NCBI GenBank assembly: GCA_051599415.1
Contig: AP039698.1
Location: forward strand, 434,001 to 498,000
DNA from: Savitreella phatthalungensis
Lineage: Eukaryota
DNA length: 64,000 nucleotides
Direction: 5' to 3'
The position numbers and the translations under genes are program-made. The stretch's first letter is position 1; every line of letters starts with the position of its first letter. Positions 33,638 through 44,353 of the stretch are shown piece by piece. A model generated the notes under the pieces. That model did not search any database and had not been told where the DNA came from. It saw only the letters and a program-made list of their open reading frames with translations.

Positions 33638-35056
33638 CTACAGTGCTGTTGGTGCGCGACCAAGAGACTCGATAGAGGGGCTGCGTGTGAGGTCGGCAGC
33701 CCCGTCAGGACCCTTTTGAAAAGCTGTATCTTTCTCAGCCTGAAGGGTCGCGGGCGGCGAAAGCGAGGAAAGCTTCTCTCCAGCTGGTGGTCCATGGTGT
33801 TGGCGACCCCGCCAGGGCACCCAGACGTCCTCGTCCTGGTCAGGAGCACGGGACAAACAGAATACAAGAGCTAGGCCAACGCAACCAACAGCAAATCCTT
33901 GCGAAGCATACCAACCATACTTTGTATAGAGTCGTGTCCCGACGCCAGAGCCCATGGTCTGTCCCAGGAAGATGAAGATGATGAAGTTTGCGTTTACTCG
34001 TGCACGGGCAAGAGGGTCGAGACCAAAGATTCGTTTCTGGTTCGCAATCTGTTGCGTGGTCTGACCGACATCCATAAAGAAGATCTGTGGGATCACGCCT
34101 CCTAATGAAATGCCAGATGCGAGGCCAACCAGTTGCCCGATCATCGAGATGCTACAGCCGACCAATGAAGCATGCCATGGCGTCCAGCGATCGATCACGC
34201 GGCCAGCCATTGGCGCAACGCAGACTCCAACGATGCCGAGTAGTGCAAAGAGGCCGATTTCGAGCGAGTTGTAGCCGTATTGCGGCCCTCCCAGCAGAAA
34301 TGTCGATGTCACCCAGAAGTTAATGAAGGAAGCAGACATGAGGCCGCTGATCATGCAACTCTGGACCAATGTTGGGTAGCGAAAGAGCATAAGCGCTGTG
34401 GAGCGCAAAATTCCGAAATACGACAGTCCATGTCCACGTTTCGCAGGATAGTCCGGCAAAAATAGATACAGGAGGACGAGGATAACTGCCTGGACGCCGA
34501 TCGAGAAATAGTAGATGACGTGATAGGTGGTTGCGTATTGAATGGCGCCCGCGAGCACACGCGCTATCAGTATGCCGAGCAAGAGTCCGCTCATGCAAAG
34601 GGCAAGAGCCGTTGCACGGCGTTCGGGCGCAGCGAGATCGCCGATCAATGGTAGGAGGACCTGTGGCGTGACGGTCGAGACGCCGACGAAGAACGACAGT
34701 GCTTCGAAGGCCTCGAGATTGCTGACGACAGCGAGTCCAATGGTCAGGCAGGTTGAGCTCAATACGAGCGACAAGAGCAAAAAACGCCTGCGCACGAGGT
34801 CACCGAGCGGTGAGATCAACGCAAGTCCGGTCGCGTATCCTGCCTGAGACAGCGTCGGAATGCGCCCCACGCGCGCATCGTCGACTCCAAAGGCATCGGC
34901 AAGCTGATTGAGAATCGGCTGAGAGTAGTAGAGATTTGCTACAGTGAAGGTTGTACAGATGGCGAACAGCAGATTCAGCCAAGTCCCGAAGACGAATGGC
35001 TTCTCCGGATTAAAGCGCACGTGGACCGGCGTCAGAGCACGAACAAGTTTGTTCAT
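33638..35056 (-). CDS. MFS transporter
   Basis: About 12 TM segments; VANLYYSQPIL, GLALISPLGDLVRRR, GLLLGILIARVLAG, ARARVNA. Confidence 0.9.
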   Translation of the reverse strand: MNKLVRALTPVHVRFNPEKPFVFGTWLNLLFAICTTFTVANLYYSQPILNQLADAFGVDDARVGRIPTLSQAGYATGLALISPLGDLVRRRFLLLSLVLSSTCLTIGLAVVSNLEAFEALSFFVGVSTVTPQVLLPLIGDLAAPERRATALALCMSGLLLGILIARVLAGAIQYATTYHVIYYFSIGVQAVILVLLYLFLPDYPAKRGHGLSYFGILRSTALMLFRYPTLVQSCMISGLMSASFINFWVTSTFLLGGPQYGYNSLEIGLFALLGIVGVCVAPMAGRVIDRWTPWHASLVGCSISMIGQLVGLASGISLGGVIPQIFFMDVGQTTQQIANQKRIFGLDPLARARVNANFIIFIFLGQTMGSGVGTRLYTKYGWYASQGFAVGCVGLALVFCLSRAPDQDEDVWVPWRGRQHHGPPAGEKLSSLSPPATLQAEKDTAFQKGPDGAADLTRSPSIESLGRAPTAL

Positions 35057-35579
35057 AATCAAATCATTGTCTGTCGTACAGCGTACGTGTGTATGGATGA
35101 CTGGTTGATTCCGTCAATGTCAGACCAACCGTCTGTTCGCTCAAGCGTCGACAAGAGCCTCCGGTTCGCGGCGCTTCAAAGCACGGAGAATGTTGGATGG
35201 ACGTCTGGATATTGCGTGGACACGTTCTTCTGTGCGTGATCGCCCGTTGAAGCACTGATCGGTTAGTTAATCATCCAAGAGAAGAAATTTCTGCCGATCA
35301 ACAATCTGTAAATTAGTTTTCTCATGCTTCCGGCGTATGTGTCGTGAAATTGCACAATTCCGTCAGGCGACTGAAGACGAGGCGGGGGGACATGCGCCTG
35401 ACACCGGCCACTGGTCTCTGGCACGGGATCGAGGTGGCAGATTTACTGTACCCTCCGGGTGCTCATTGTGAATGGCATCACTAGCTTGAGATGCCTTGCT
35501 CATGCTACATGGTGCCTTCCCTTACTTTGCTGATGTGTCTGTCAACGAGAATAGATAAATAGACTAAGAGTGAAATGAC

Positions 35580-38500
35580 CTATGTAAAAATGTCGACCGC
35601 ATACCTGCTGGAGCTCGTTGCATCAAGGAACGCCTGGGCGCGTGTCTTTTCGCTTTCTCCATTTGCCTGTTCAACCATCTGCTTGAAGGCACGACGAAGA
35701 GAGTGCGATAGCTTTGATGCCGAGCCGCAGGTGTAGAAGCTTGCGCCGGCATCGAACAGTCGAAGTACATCGTCCTTCTCCGCGAGAACTCGGTCCTGTA
35801 CGTACTTGTGCTTCGATCCTTCTTGCCGAGAGAAGCTGTTCTTGACCTTGATTTTATCTGGGAATTCCGCTGCCCATGCCTCGAATTCGGACTTGTGAAG
35901 GAAGTCAGCGTCAGTGCGACAACCGTAGAACAGCACAGTCTCGCCAACGGCGCGACCATGGCGAAGTTGCAGGACGCGTTCCTGGAAAAATCCTCTGAAA
36001 GGTGCAATACCGGTGCCAGCGGCAAAGCAGACAATCGGTGTCTCGGGGTTGTCCGGTAGGTGGAAGTTGCTGCTGCCACGAACGGCGCACGCGAGCTCGT
36101 CGCCGGCCTTGAGATCTGCAAGGTAGTTCGAAGTCACACCTTGAAACTCGCTGGATCCAGCGAGGGATGGACCGCGGAGAATGTCGATCGTGATTGTGCA
36201 CATGTTCGGAGCCTCGAGTGGAGACGAGGAGATAGAATACTGTCGCTGATGAAGAGCCTGGAGTGAGTTGATATACTGGTCAAAAGTGAGATCGCAGGAA
36301 GTGCACTGTTCGAGCAAATCGATTGTGCTCAGTCGACGTTCCAAAACCTTTTCCTGATAGTTATCGCCATCCAGATCCTCGATCAAAGCCTTCTCCTTCG
36401 GCTGATCACACAGGGAAGCAAGAGTGGCGAGCAAGCGGCGCTGCACTGGCATGTTGAGCTCGACCGTCGACTCAAGCACGTCATACGCACGTACAGGCAC
36501 TGTCGAGCCGAGGTTTCTGCCGCGCAACGTCAACTTGGCATCTGGATCCAAATTGAAGCGCTTCAGAACGCGCAAGACCGTTGCTTTGGGGTTTTTTGGC
36601 AGAATCGAGATGTAGTCACCGGTGCGATAGACTTCATCCTCGGGCAACTCGATTGTGATGTGGCGCTTCGCTTCCGAAGTCTCAGAAGCAGCAGCAAGCT
36701 CCACGTTGTCAACAACCTTGCCTGACTGGAGTCCCTGGTTTGCACTGACGTTCAGGGTTTTGCTTGTCAACGGGATGTACTCAACGGAGCGTGCCTCGCT
36801 GTTGTCACCATCTGCGCCGAGTTCCTTGAGCAGTCCCTCTTTCCAGCTTTCAAACTCACCGATGAAGTCGCCGGCGACGTCACCCTCGCCACGAGGAACC
36901 AGGCGCTCGGCACCGAGCTCAGTCATTTTCGAGTCGATATTGCGCGGCACGTTCATGTACGTGTCAACCCAGTCATGGTGCCCGGCGCCGAAGACAGCGT
37001 ACTTCACATTCTTGAGCTGCGGGTCCGACTCCAGGTATGCGACGAACTGTCGAGCATTGTCACACGGCTGGCCTTCGTACGAAGCGGTGACAATCACAAC
37101 AGGCTCGTCTGTTGGCATCTTCAGGCAACTGTCGAGAGTCGCAACATCGGGCTGGAACCCGCGCGTTGAGAGCGTCTGGCCGAGGTCGTTGGCCAAGGCT
37201 TCGCACGAACCCGAATTGCTGCCAAAGAGAATCTTGACTGGTCTAGAGCCTGCGCCTGCAGTATCGGTTTCCGAGGGGACACTTGGCATGTCTCGGCCCT
37301 CAGCCTTCTCCCATGTCATCAGCGGGAAGACAGGCGGGGCACCCTTCACCCTGCGGCGCACGCGCATCTTCATGTCATCAGGCTTGATCGTAAGGGAGAA
37401 CTTCACCCGAAGTTCATATGTTGGATCAACGAGCTCGAGATCGAAGTTCTGGACGATGGTGGCGATGGCAAGCATCGCTTCCTGCAAAGCGAACGCTCGC
37501 CCAATGCAGGCACGGATTCCGTTGCCGAACGGCTTCCAGGAGTTGGGTAGCGCATTCTCGAAGCCGCCGTCAAGCATGCGCTCGGGACGGAATGCAAGCG
37601 GATCAGGACCCCAAGCAGCGGGGTCAGAATGAAGACCGTGCAAGTTGATGAAAACGGGTTGCCCGGCCTGGATGAGATGACCGGATGGCAGCTCAACGTC
37701 CTCATCGCTGCTCACGGCGAACATTGGAGCTGTCGGTTGCAGACGAAGGGCCTCTTTCAAGATTGCATCGATGTAGGGCATCTTGGTCAAGCTGTCTTGC
37801 GTGATCCAGCCAATTGCATCGACCTCTTCTTGGGCCTTCCGCATTGTCTTCGGATTTTTGACCATGTAATACAGGGCAAAAGACAACAAGCCGGATGTTG
37901 TCTCATGACCAGCGACAAGGAAAGTGAGTAGCTGAGCGCAAATGTTCTCGTGAGACAATTTCTCTCCAGTCTCAGGATCAGCGACATTCAACATTCTGTG
38001 GCAGAGGTCCTTTCGTCCCTTGTCACCTTCCTTGACTCGCTGTGCGATGATCTCGTTGGCAAACTCCTGCAATCGGTGCTGCGCATTAGTGAACTTTGCG
38101 CGCTGTGAGATGTTGAAGACTTTGTTAATGGGCATCATGGCGCGTCTTCCGCCGAGAGTCAAGAACTCCAGCATGTGTCCGATAAATGGGTGCATGTCCT
38201 CCTTGAAGAACGAATTGAAGCGGTAGTCGAACGCACAGAGGGAGATTGTGTCTAGTGTCAAGCGCGTGAGTTGGTCGGGAATGTCAATTGCCTCGTTCTG
38301 GTGCGTGTGCCAACGCGTGATCATGCTGCGTGCTAGATCGACCATATCGTCGTACATGTTGCGCACGGACATGGCCCCGAAAGCGGGCATGAGGATACGG
38401 TGTGCCATTCCCCAATTTGGATTGTCGTTGTCGACTGTAAAAAGGCCTTCCCCAGCGGCTGGCCGCAGCGCACGAAGGAAGTCGTGAGCCTCCTTGACAA

Positions 38501-38882
38501 CCTTGCCGGTCGAAAGCATCTTGTCGACGTTGCGTTGGCTTGAGAGAAAGGTCAATTCTCGCCCCAGAAGCGAGACCTTGAATGCTTCGCCATATAGACC
38601 GTGAAGCCAATTGATTGTGATGAGCGGATTGTGGAGCGCTGCTCTGAGCTTCGGGTTGAACAGGGCCAGTGAATTTGTTCCGGGGATCGGCTTGTATTTC
38701 TTTGGGTCTTTGCGAACCTTGGACCTCGAGCTTGAGGTGGTGTTGGAGCCCCGACGCTGTGAAGCAGACGAGATAGTCTTGGTGATCGCATTGTTCGAAA
38801 GGGCGCCAGTATCCGATGCTGGCGGAGTCTGAGTCGTAGCGTTCGCCATTGGATCGCTGTCTTGTTTCTTGAAGAGTCCCAT
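35580..38882 (-). CDS. Self-sufficient cytochrome P450-NADPH reductase fusion (CYP505/P450foxy, BM3-like fatty acid hydroxylase)
   Basis: P450 motifs AGHETT, EALR, PER, FGNGIRACIG; FMN motif FGSNSGSCE; FAD motif RQYSISSS; NADPH motif AGTGIAPF; C-terminal YAVDIFT. Confidence 0.95.
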   Translation of the reverse strand: MGLFKKQDSDPMANATTQTPPASDTGALSNNAITKTISSASQRRGSNTTSSSRSKVRKDPKKYKPIPGTNSLALFNPKLRAALHNPLITINWLHGLYGEAFKVSLLGRELTFLSSQRNVDKMLSTGKVVKEAHDFLRALRPAAGEGLFTVDNDNPNWGMAHRILMPAFGAMSVRNMYDDMVDLARSMITRWHTHQNEAIDIPDQLTRLTLDTISLCAFDYRFNSFFKEDMHPFIGHMLEFLTLGGRRAMMPINKVFNISQRAKFTNAQHRLQEFANEIIAQRVKEGDKGRKDLCHRMLNVADPETGEKLSHENICAQLLTFLVAGHETTSGLLSFALYYMVKNPKTMRKAQEEVDAIGWITQDSLTKMPYIDAILKEALRLQPTAPMFAVSSDEDVELPSGHLIQAGQPVFINLHGLHSDPAAWGPDPLAFRPERMLDGGFENALPNSWKPFGNGIRACIGRAFALQEAMLAIATIVQNFDLELVDPTYELRVKFSLTIKPDDMKMRVRRRVKGAPPVFPLMTWEKAEGRDMPSVPSETDTAGAGSRPVKILFGSNSGSCEALANDLGQTLSTRGFQPDVATLDSCLKMPTDEPVVIVTASYEGQPCDNARQFVAYLESDPQLKNVKYAVFGAGHHDWVDTYMNVPRNIDSKMTELGAERLVPRGEGDVAGDFIGEFESWKEGLLKELGADGDNSEARSVEYIPLTSKTLNVSANQGLQSGKVVDNVELAAASETSEAKRHITIELPEDEVYRTGDYISILPKNPKATVLRVLKRFNLDPDAKLTLRGRNLGSTVPVRAYDVLESTVELNMPVQRRLLATLASLCDQPKEKALIEDLDGDNYQEKVLERRLSTIDLLEQCTSCDLTFDQYINSLQALHQRQYSISSSPLEAPNMCTITIDILRGPSLAGSSEFQGVTSNYLADLKAGDELACAVRGSSNFHLPDNPETPIVCFAAGTGIAPFRGFFQERVLQLRHGRAVGETVLFYGCRTDADFLHKSEFEAWAAEFPDKIKVKNSFSRQEGSKHKYVQDRVLAEKDDVLRLFDAGASFYTCGSASKLSHSLRRAFKQMVEQANGESEKTRAQAFLDATSSSRYAVDIFT

Positions 38883-41552
38883 GTCAAGCGTGGGGGTGGG
38901 ATGTTCTTATACCTTTGGCGAGCAAAGTGCCAAGCTTCTGGATCTGTTCGCTAGTGGTTGATTTAGTGTGGGTGTCGATTGTTGTGGGTCGCTTCCGCCG
39001 GGATCCGCAAAAATCTTGGTGTGGGGTTGTCTTGAGTTTCGTGCTGATTTCTTGAAGACGGTCCAGCGGCGGCAGAACTTCCTAACACAGATCGATTTGA
39101 TCAATCAGTTTGCAGAGCTAAAGGTGGTTGACTGCTCACAGTGACAAAGTCGTTCAGTATATCGATGCAACACTGCTGAGTGTCGTGCACAAGCGGATTT
39201 CCGTCTCACTATATAGTAGTGCTCGCTTCTTCTCGTCTACTGACTGCACCGTCGCACAGGACATCAATGATCGGGCAAGCGGGGGTGCGACTTGTCAGAG
39301 ACGATAGATCTGACCCCAGACATGGCCAGGTGTTCGGAAAAGGGCAAGCCTGGGGAGGAAGGTCGACTTGAGGGAACACACATGTGTTGGTCGCAGAGTT
39401 GAGCTGGTTTGGTAGGAACAGATTTCGAACCATCGAATTTAATCATTTGATCGTCTGCAGATTAGGAACTACGAAGTTAAGCTTGGGATATATGGCTACA
39501 TACATGGGCAGAGACGTATGTCACATGTTATGTTGATTTTAGAGTAACCTATGACAGCCAATTCTGCTCCAGCTGTCTGCTGCTCATAGCTTCGGAACTC
39601 TATTAGGTTCGATTGACGCTCAATTAATTCTACCAGCTTCAGTGAGAATCTGGTAGAGGTTGGAAAATCTAGTGGAGGACCGCACTCGGATACCTTCCTA
39701 CGTTCTCTCAAGAAATATCTGTCGCAATACTTACCGCAGCGTGAATTTCGTGGGATCTCAAACTATCCCAGGTGATATGGAACAGCTACTAGAATTGTAA
39801 CTCCTCCCGGCCACTACGTCAGCATTATGTCCATAAGCGACTACCACACCGTCGTCGATCTGGTTGATAGTTCTACTTTGGCTTCATTCTGAGACGGGTG
39901 GAAAGAGTAGGTCAACTTTGTGGGCGAGTTGGGAACGAATCAGGGAAGTAACTACATTGACTCGATGGTCCCCAGAGCAGCACGAACTCCTGCAGTGCAC
40001 AGTCAATCGATGTCAGGGCTCGAGTGATAGTACGTCATCGAGCACTGCATCTTCTACTACCATCGAGCAGATGTCGACCACACTCATCAACTCCTCCAGA
40101 CGTTCAGCTCGTGACTGACTTGATTCGGGTTGCCGATTGAATTGCTTCTGGCTATGCTTCTAGTTCGCTCAGGATGTTCTCTGCAGTGAGAGCTCACTCA
40201 AAAGTAAATCATATGATCTGCCATAATCTGTCATTTTATCGATCAGGATTTACACCCAAAAGGGATGAGCTGCAGTGGACTCTAGCCAAAGGTCGTGGGC
40301 TGATCAATAAATTATGCTTCGAAGCAAAAGAAGATTCACTGCAATGATGACGATGAGAGCTATCTAGTGCCCTGAGACGCATGACACAGAGCGCTTTCGG
40401 GCGTTACAGCGGATCCTGGCCGCTGGTCCAGGTCTTAGGATTGGATGCAGTGCTGGCCCATGCAACTATTCGGCCCTGCTCAATCGCGGAGTGTAATAGA
40501 CTCTGAGCGCTTCACCCTAGCTTGGCAATCACATGTCAGCGGTTTGGCGATGCTAACCGCCGGTAAGCGACCTTCTTCGCAGATCTATGGGGAACATGAC
40601 ATCGATCGTGTAGTAATAGCACTAGGGGGTGGATCGGGAGCCGCCTGACAGTGCAGCCGCTTGATCCGCTGATCGAAACCAATTCTCGTGATCAGGCTGA
40701 CCATTATCGTATTTATGAAATTGACCCTGACTGATGCAAATTCAGCAGCATCGAATTGAAAGTGGATGTGTTATGTGATTCAAAGGTGCATACACCCCGT
40801 GTCTCTAGAAGCAGAGATCATAATGAAATTGGCTTACAATCGAGAATGGAAATTACATGTGACAAGCACTTTGGAGCCATATGCGTTCGATACAGCCAGA
40901 AATTGATTTGAATTTGTATGAACTTGAGCATGATCACCGCTATCACTTCGGAATCTCCAGCGCTTTCCTATGACGTCCGCAGTCGACCTCGATTCTTAGA
41001 CCCGATTCCGTGCACGTGCATATAATGGGAGAAACGAGTCTACGTGAACAACTTTTATGCACCGTGCGTACGAATTAGCATGCGGTTGTAGAGATGGATT
41101 CAAGCCGAAGCCTTAGCCTTGCCGAGTCATCTCAGCGCCGCGTAAAGCGCTTTTATACGCTGTCAACTGATCTCTTCAGGGCAGCACTACGATCTTTCTG
41201 GCTATTGAGATCGTATGTCATAGCTCCAATATGAAGACTGTCAGCATGAATCTTTGATCGCCGCGCTGGCAAGCGAATCAGCTCAAGAAGCGCAGGGACA
41301 ACGGTCAGCAAGGGCGACAAGCGATTCGAACGGCCCATAGTATAATGATTTGCACTTGCATTGCGCTGTCTTGCACGATCGCAGAACCCATCACAGTGCG
41401 ATCCATGGCGATCTCTTCTCCATCGATCGTGCATAAAATGATTTCGCGCGCCGAACCTGGACTGACATTAAATCATCCACTGGGAGCAGGAGACGGTGCG
41501 CGTGTGACGTGAGTACATCGACGCGGCTCCAAGACGACGCACTTCTGCATCG

Positions 41553-42767
41553 ATGCGATGCACGAGGCTGCTATCGTCACAGATCCCGACACTCTCGGAG
41601 CGGGCGCGGAGCATCTCCCAAGGTCTGGTGAAGCAGACTACACTCTGGCGTCCCGCGGCTCTTCGCGATCCTGAGGCTATTCAACAGGCCGTGGACCGTT
41701 CCCATCTGCGTGATTATGCGGGGAAAGGCACAATCATTGAGATGAATCCTGGGCCGGGGCTTCTCATGCAGCACATCATTGAGAAGATCAAGCCTCACAG
41801 ATACGTCGCTTTAGAAACGCGGGAGCAGTTTACGCCGGCCCTCAACCTAGTTCGCGAGGCAGCAAAGGCACTGGACGTTGATTGCCGCGTCTTGAACCTC
41901 AACGGCTACCTCTGGGATACGTACGATGAGCTCGATCGTCTTCGAGTCGTCCCCTACGATGAGGTTGTGTACCCTCAAGAGGCAGGAGTCAACACTAACA
42001 TATGCCTGATAGCATCAATTCGTGATGCAGAGCTAGAGCAACTCCTGGCACAGTGGCTCGTTACGATGGCCACAAAATCATGGATCTTCTCTCTGGGTCG
42101 CGTTCGGCTCTACGCATTCGTTTCCCCGGGCGTGCGGCAGCGCTGGATGGCGCCAGTTGGCTCGCCCGCAAGATCGCGGCTCACAGTCATTCGAGAGGGA
42201 GCTTGCGATATCCGCGAGATCTTGCACAACCCATGGCAACGGCTCGGCAGATCAGCAAAGGCTGTGTGGCAGGAGGACATCAGCGATAAACCTGCTGACC
42301 CGGCTGTGCCTCGTGCTGACCCGGACTGTTTTATCAACACGTCGGACCTTTCACTGATCGAGCTCACTCCGTTCGCGACGCCGGGATTCACAGTGCCGTT
42401 CGAGTCATTCGACTATGTCGCTCGAAATCTCTTCATGAACCGCACTACAGCACTATACAAGCAGGTGCGCAGTCTCGCAAGCGGTGCTTACACTATTCTA
42501 AGGGATTTACCTGACGATCTTTGCCTGAAAACGCCGAGCGAAATGACGTTCAGCGATATGAACAGGATCGCGAGTGCTTTCCACAATTGGCCCTTTCGTC
42601 CGCGCTATCTCCACGTTGAAGATACCTCTACGGGCGAGAATCTCGTGAACCTCAAGTCCGTCATCAGCCAGACGATGCAAGAGGGTGCCATCAGGCAGCG
42701 GCAAAGTCCCATCAAAATCGGTACACCGGCCACAGCTCCGCCGAGCGCTTTTGAAAAACACCAATGA
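41553..42767 (+). CDS. MTF1: Mitochondrial transcription factor B (rRNA methyltransferase-like fold)
   Basis: IIEMNPGPGL...KPHRYVALE, FSLGRVRLY, R.RLTVIRE, F..WPFRP; N-terminal presequence. Confidence 0.8.
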   Translation: MRCTRLLSSQIPTLSERARSISQGLVKQTTLWRPAALRDPEAIQQAVDRSHLRDYAGKGTIIEMNPGPGLLMQHIIEKIKPHRYVALETREQFTPALNLVREAAKALDVDCRVLNLNGYLWDTYDELDRLRVVPYDEVVYPQEAGVNTNICLIASIRDAELEQLLAQWLVTMATKSWIFSLGRVRLYAFVSPGVRQRWMAPVGSPARSRLTVIREGACDIREILHNPWQRLGRSAKAVWQEDISDKPADPAVPRADPDCFINTSDLSLIELTPFATPGFTVPFESFDYVARNLFMNRTTALYKQVRSLASGAYTILRDLPDDLCLKTPSEMTFSDMNRIASAFHNWPFRPRYLHVEDTSTGENLVNLKSVISQTMQEGAIRQRQSPIKIGTPATAPPSAFEKHQ

Positions 42768-42827
42768 TCGAAGCTCTCTTTCGGCGGTCCGAAGGAGCGC
42801 ACACTACTCTAGACTTCATCACGGTCC

Positions 42828-43330
42828 CGGCACTGCTCCGCTCGCAGGTCGGTCGCACATCTAGGCCCGCGCGCCATGTAGCCATGCGGCTACGAGTGTT
42901 CTCAGACTTTGTCCTTGCAGATGTCCCCGCTGTGGACACCGCAAGCTTCCACGACGAACTCGTCGTTCAAGTCAGCCGCGGCGCACGGCACCCTCTACTG
43001 GCCAAATGACCACGTCGACTAGGTCGAGTCAGTCGCGCACTTAATGATTAGGGCCAGAGTCTCGCCGCGTCTTGTCGTGTGGCAACGTGCGTGACTGACT
43101 CTGACCCTAACTGTGAAGTGCGCGACTGACTCGCCCTAGTCGACGTGGTCATTTGGCCAGCAGAGGGTGCCGTGCGCCGCGGCTGACTTGAACGACGAGT
43201 TCGTCGTGGAAGCTTGCGGTGTCCACAGCGGGGACATCTGCAAGCACGAAGGTCTGAAATACTCTCAGCCGGATGGCTACGTGGCGCGCCGGCCCAAATG
43301 CGCGACTAACCTGCGAGGGGAGCAGTGCCG
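42828..43330. repeat. Long inverted repeat 1 (234-bp arms, 35-nt loop)
   Basis: Arms 42828-43061 and 43097-43330 are colinear. The core 42914-43042/43116-43244 (129 bp) has ~2 mismatches; the outer ~85 bp are more diverged. Confidence 0.95.
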
Positions 43331-43900
43331 CGATTGTAGTGTCCAGCTTTGGCTCTTCCGGCAGCGTGCCTAGGCCAGGCAAAGAAGCCATTGCCAATGA
43401 TGATCCGAATGTGAACGCCGCGGATAACCAATGGAGATGGAAGGATGGGTAGGATTTGTCGGACGATTTGTATCTTATATACCTTGCTCATTTCTCTTGC
43501 CTGACATGACCTGGCAGCCAAAATCAAGGTCGAGTTACAGCTGCAATTGAACATACAGATTATTCCTTCAATACAAGTTACATATGTCGAGCGTTCCCAG
43601 ATTGACGTCAGCGCGATGACGGCGGTGGCGGCAGTTCCTGGCAAACGATTCGTACTTGTCACGATAGTCTCTAGGTCTTCTTTGAGCAGCAATGACAAAT
43701 CAGTCGATGATCTATCGGAAGCAGCTTAAGGCTTACGACAGCAGACGAGGCGTCACAAAGTAGACGTATTGATAGTATTCCGACTATAAAGGGTATCACG
43801 AAAGTTGTAACGAAGGTGAAAGTATGTTAGAATTGCAGAGCATCTCCGGAGTGCGAGTTGTCCGATGCTGTAACACTGAAGATATACATACGCTTAGACT
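43097..43900 (-). pseudogene. Unit 1 of an unrecognised tandem gene family (stops/frameshifts, 3'-truncated and folded back)
   Basis: Encodes ARHVAIRLRVFQTFVLADVPAVDTASFHDELVVQVSRGARHPLLA; the upstream block 43510-43880 aligns by eye with 46990-47360 and 49620-49990. Confidence 0.7.
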
Positions 43901-44353
43901 TGACAAATATGTGAGCTCAAATTTCTGGAGACGCCGCGCTACGTAACACGTGCGATTGATGATCGTTGCAGAGTAGTCATCGCTAAAATTTGCCGTCTTC
44001 GTAACCACTGTGAGTTGCATGAAGAAATGCTTTCAGAAGGTATGATCTCGCAGCGGCTTCAGTCCGCATGTTGGCATTTCAGCTTTGTGATGGAATTCGC
44101 TATAGCTGCATGGCAAGTCTGACTCTCTCCAAGGAGCAGCCATCCACGGCTCAAGCTGCTTCAGCCGTTTGTCTCCGCACGATTATCGTCATAGGTCTCA
44201 GTCATTTGCAAGCGCTTTATGCAAGCGCCGCTTCGACGACATTGCATAGTCTGAGGCTGACATCGTGTCCACAAATCTCGCAAAGATCAAGGCCATCTAT
44301 GGGGGATTTATATAGACGACTTCCGTCGCTGCAGTATCAGAACCACACGCCCC

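Noticed and set aside
39727..39735. ATACTTACC, resembling the U1 snRNA 5' end
   Set aside because: Not followed by UG or recognisable U1 stem-loops or an Sm site; a 9-mer is expected by chance or as a reverse splice donor.
40344..40380. Box C (ATGATGA) plus CTGA, possible C/D snoRNA
   Set aside because: No properly spaced terminal D box or stem and no recognisable rRNA guide.
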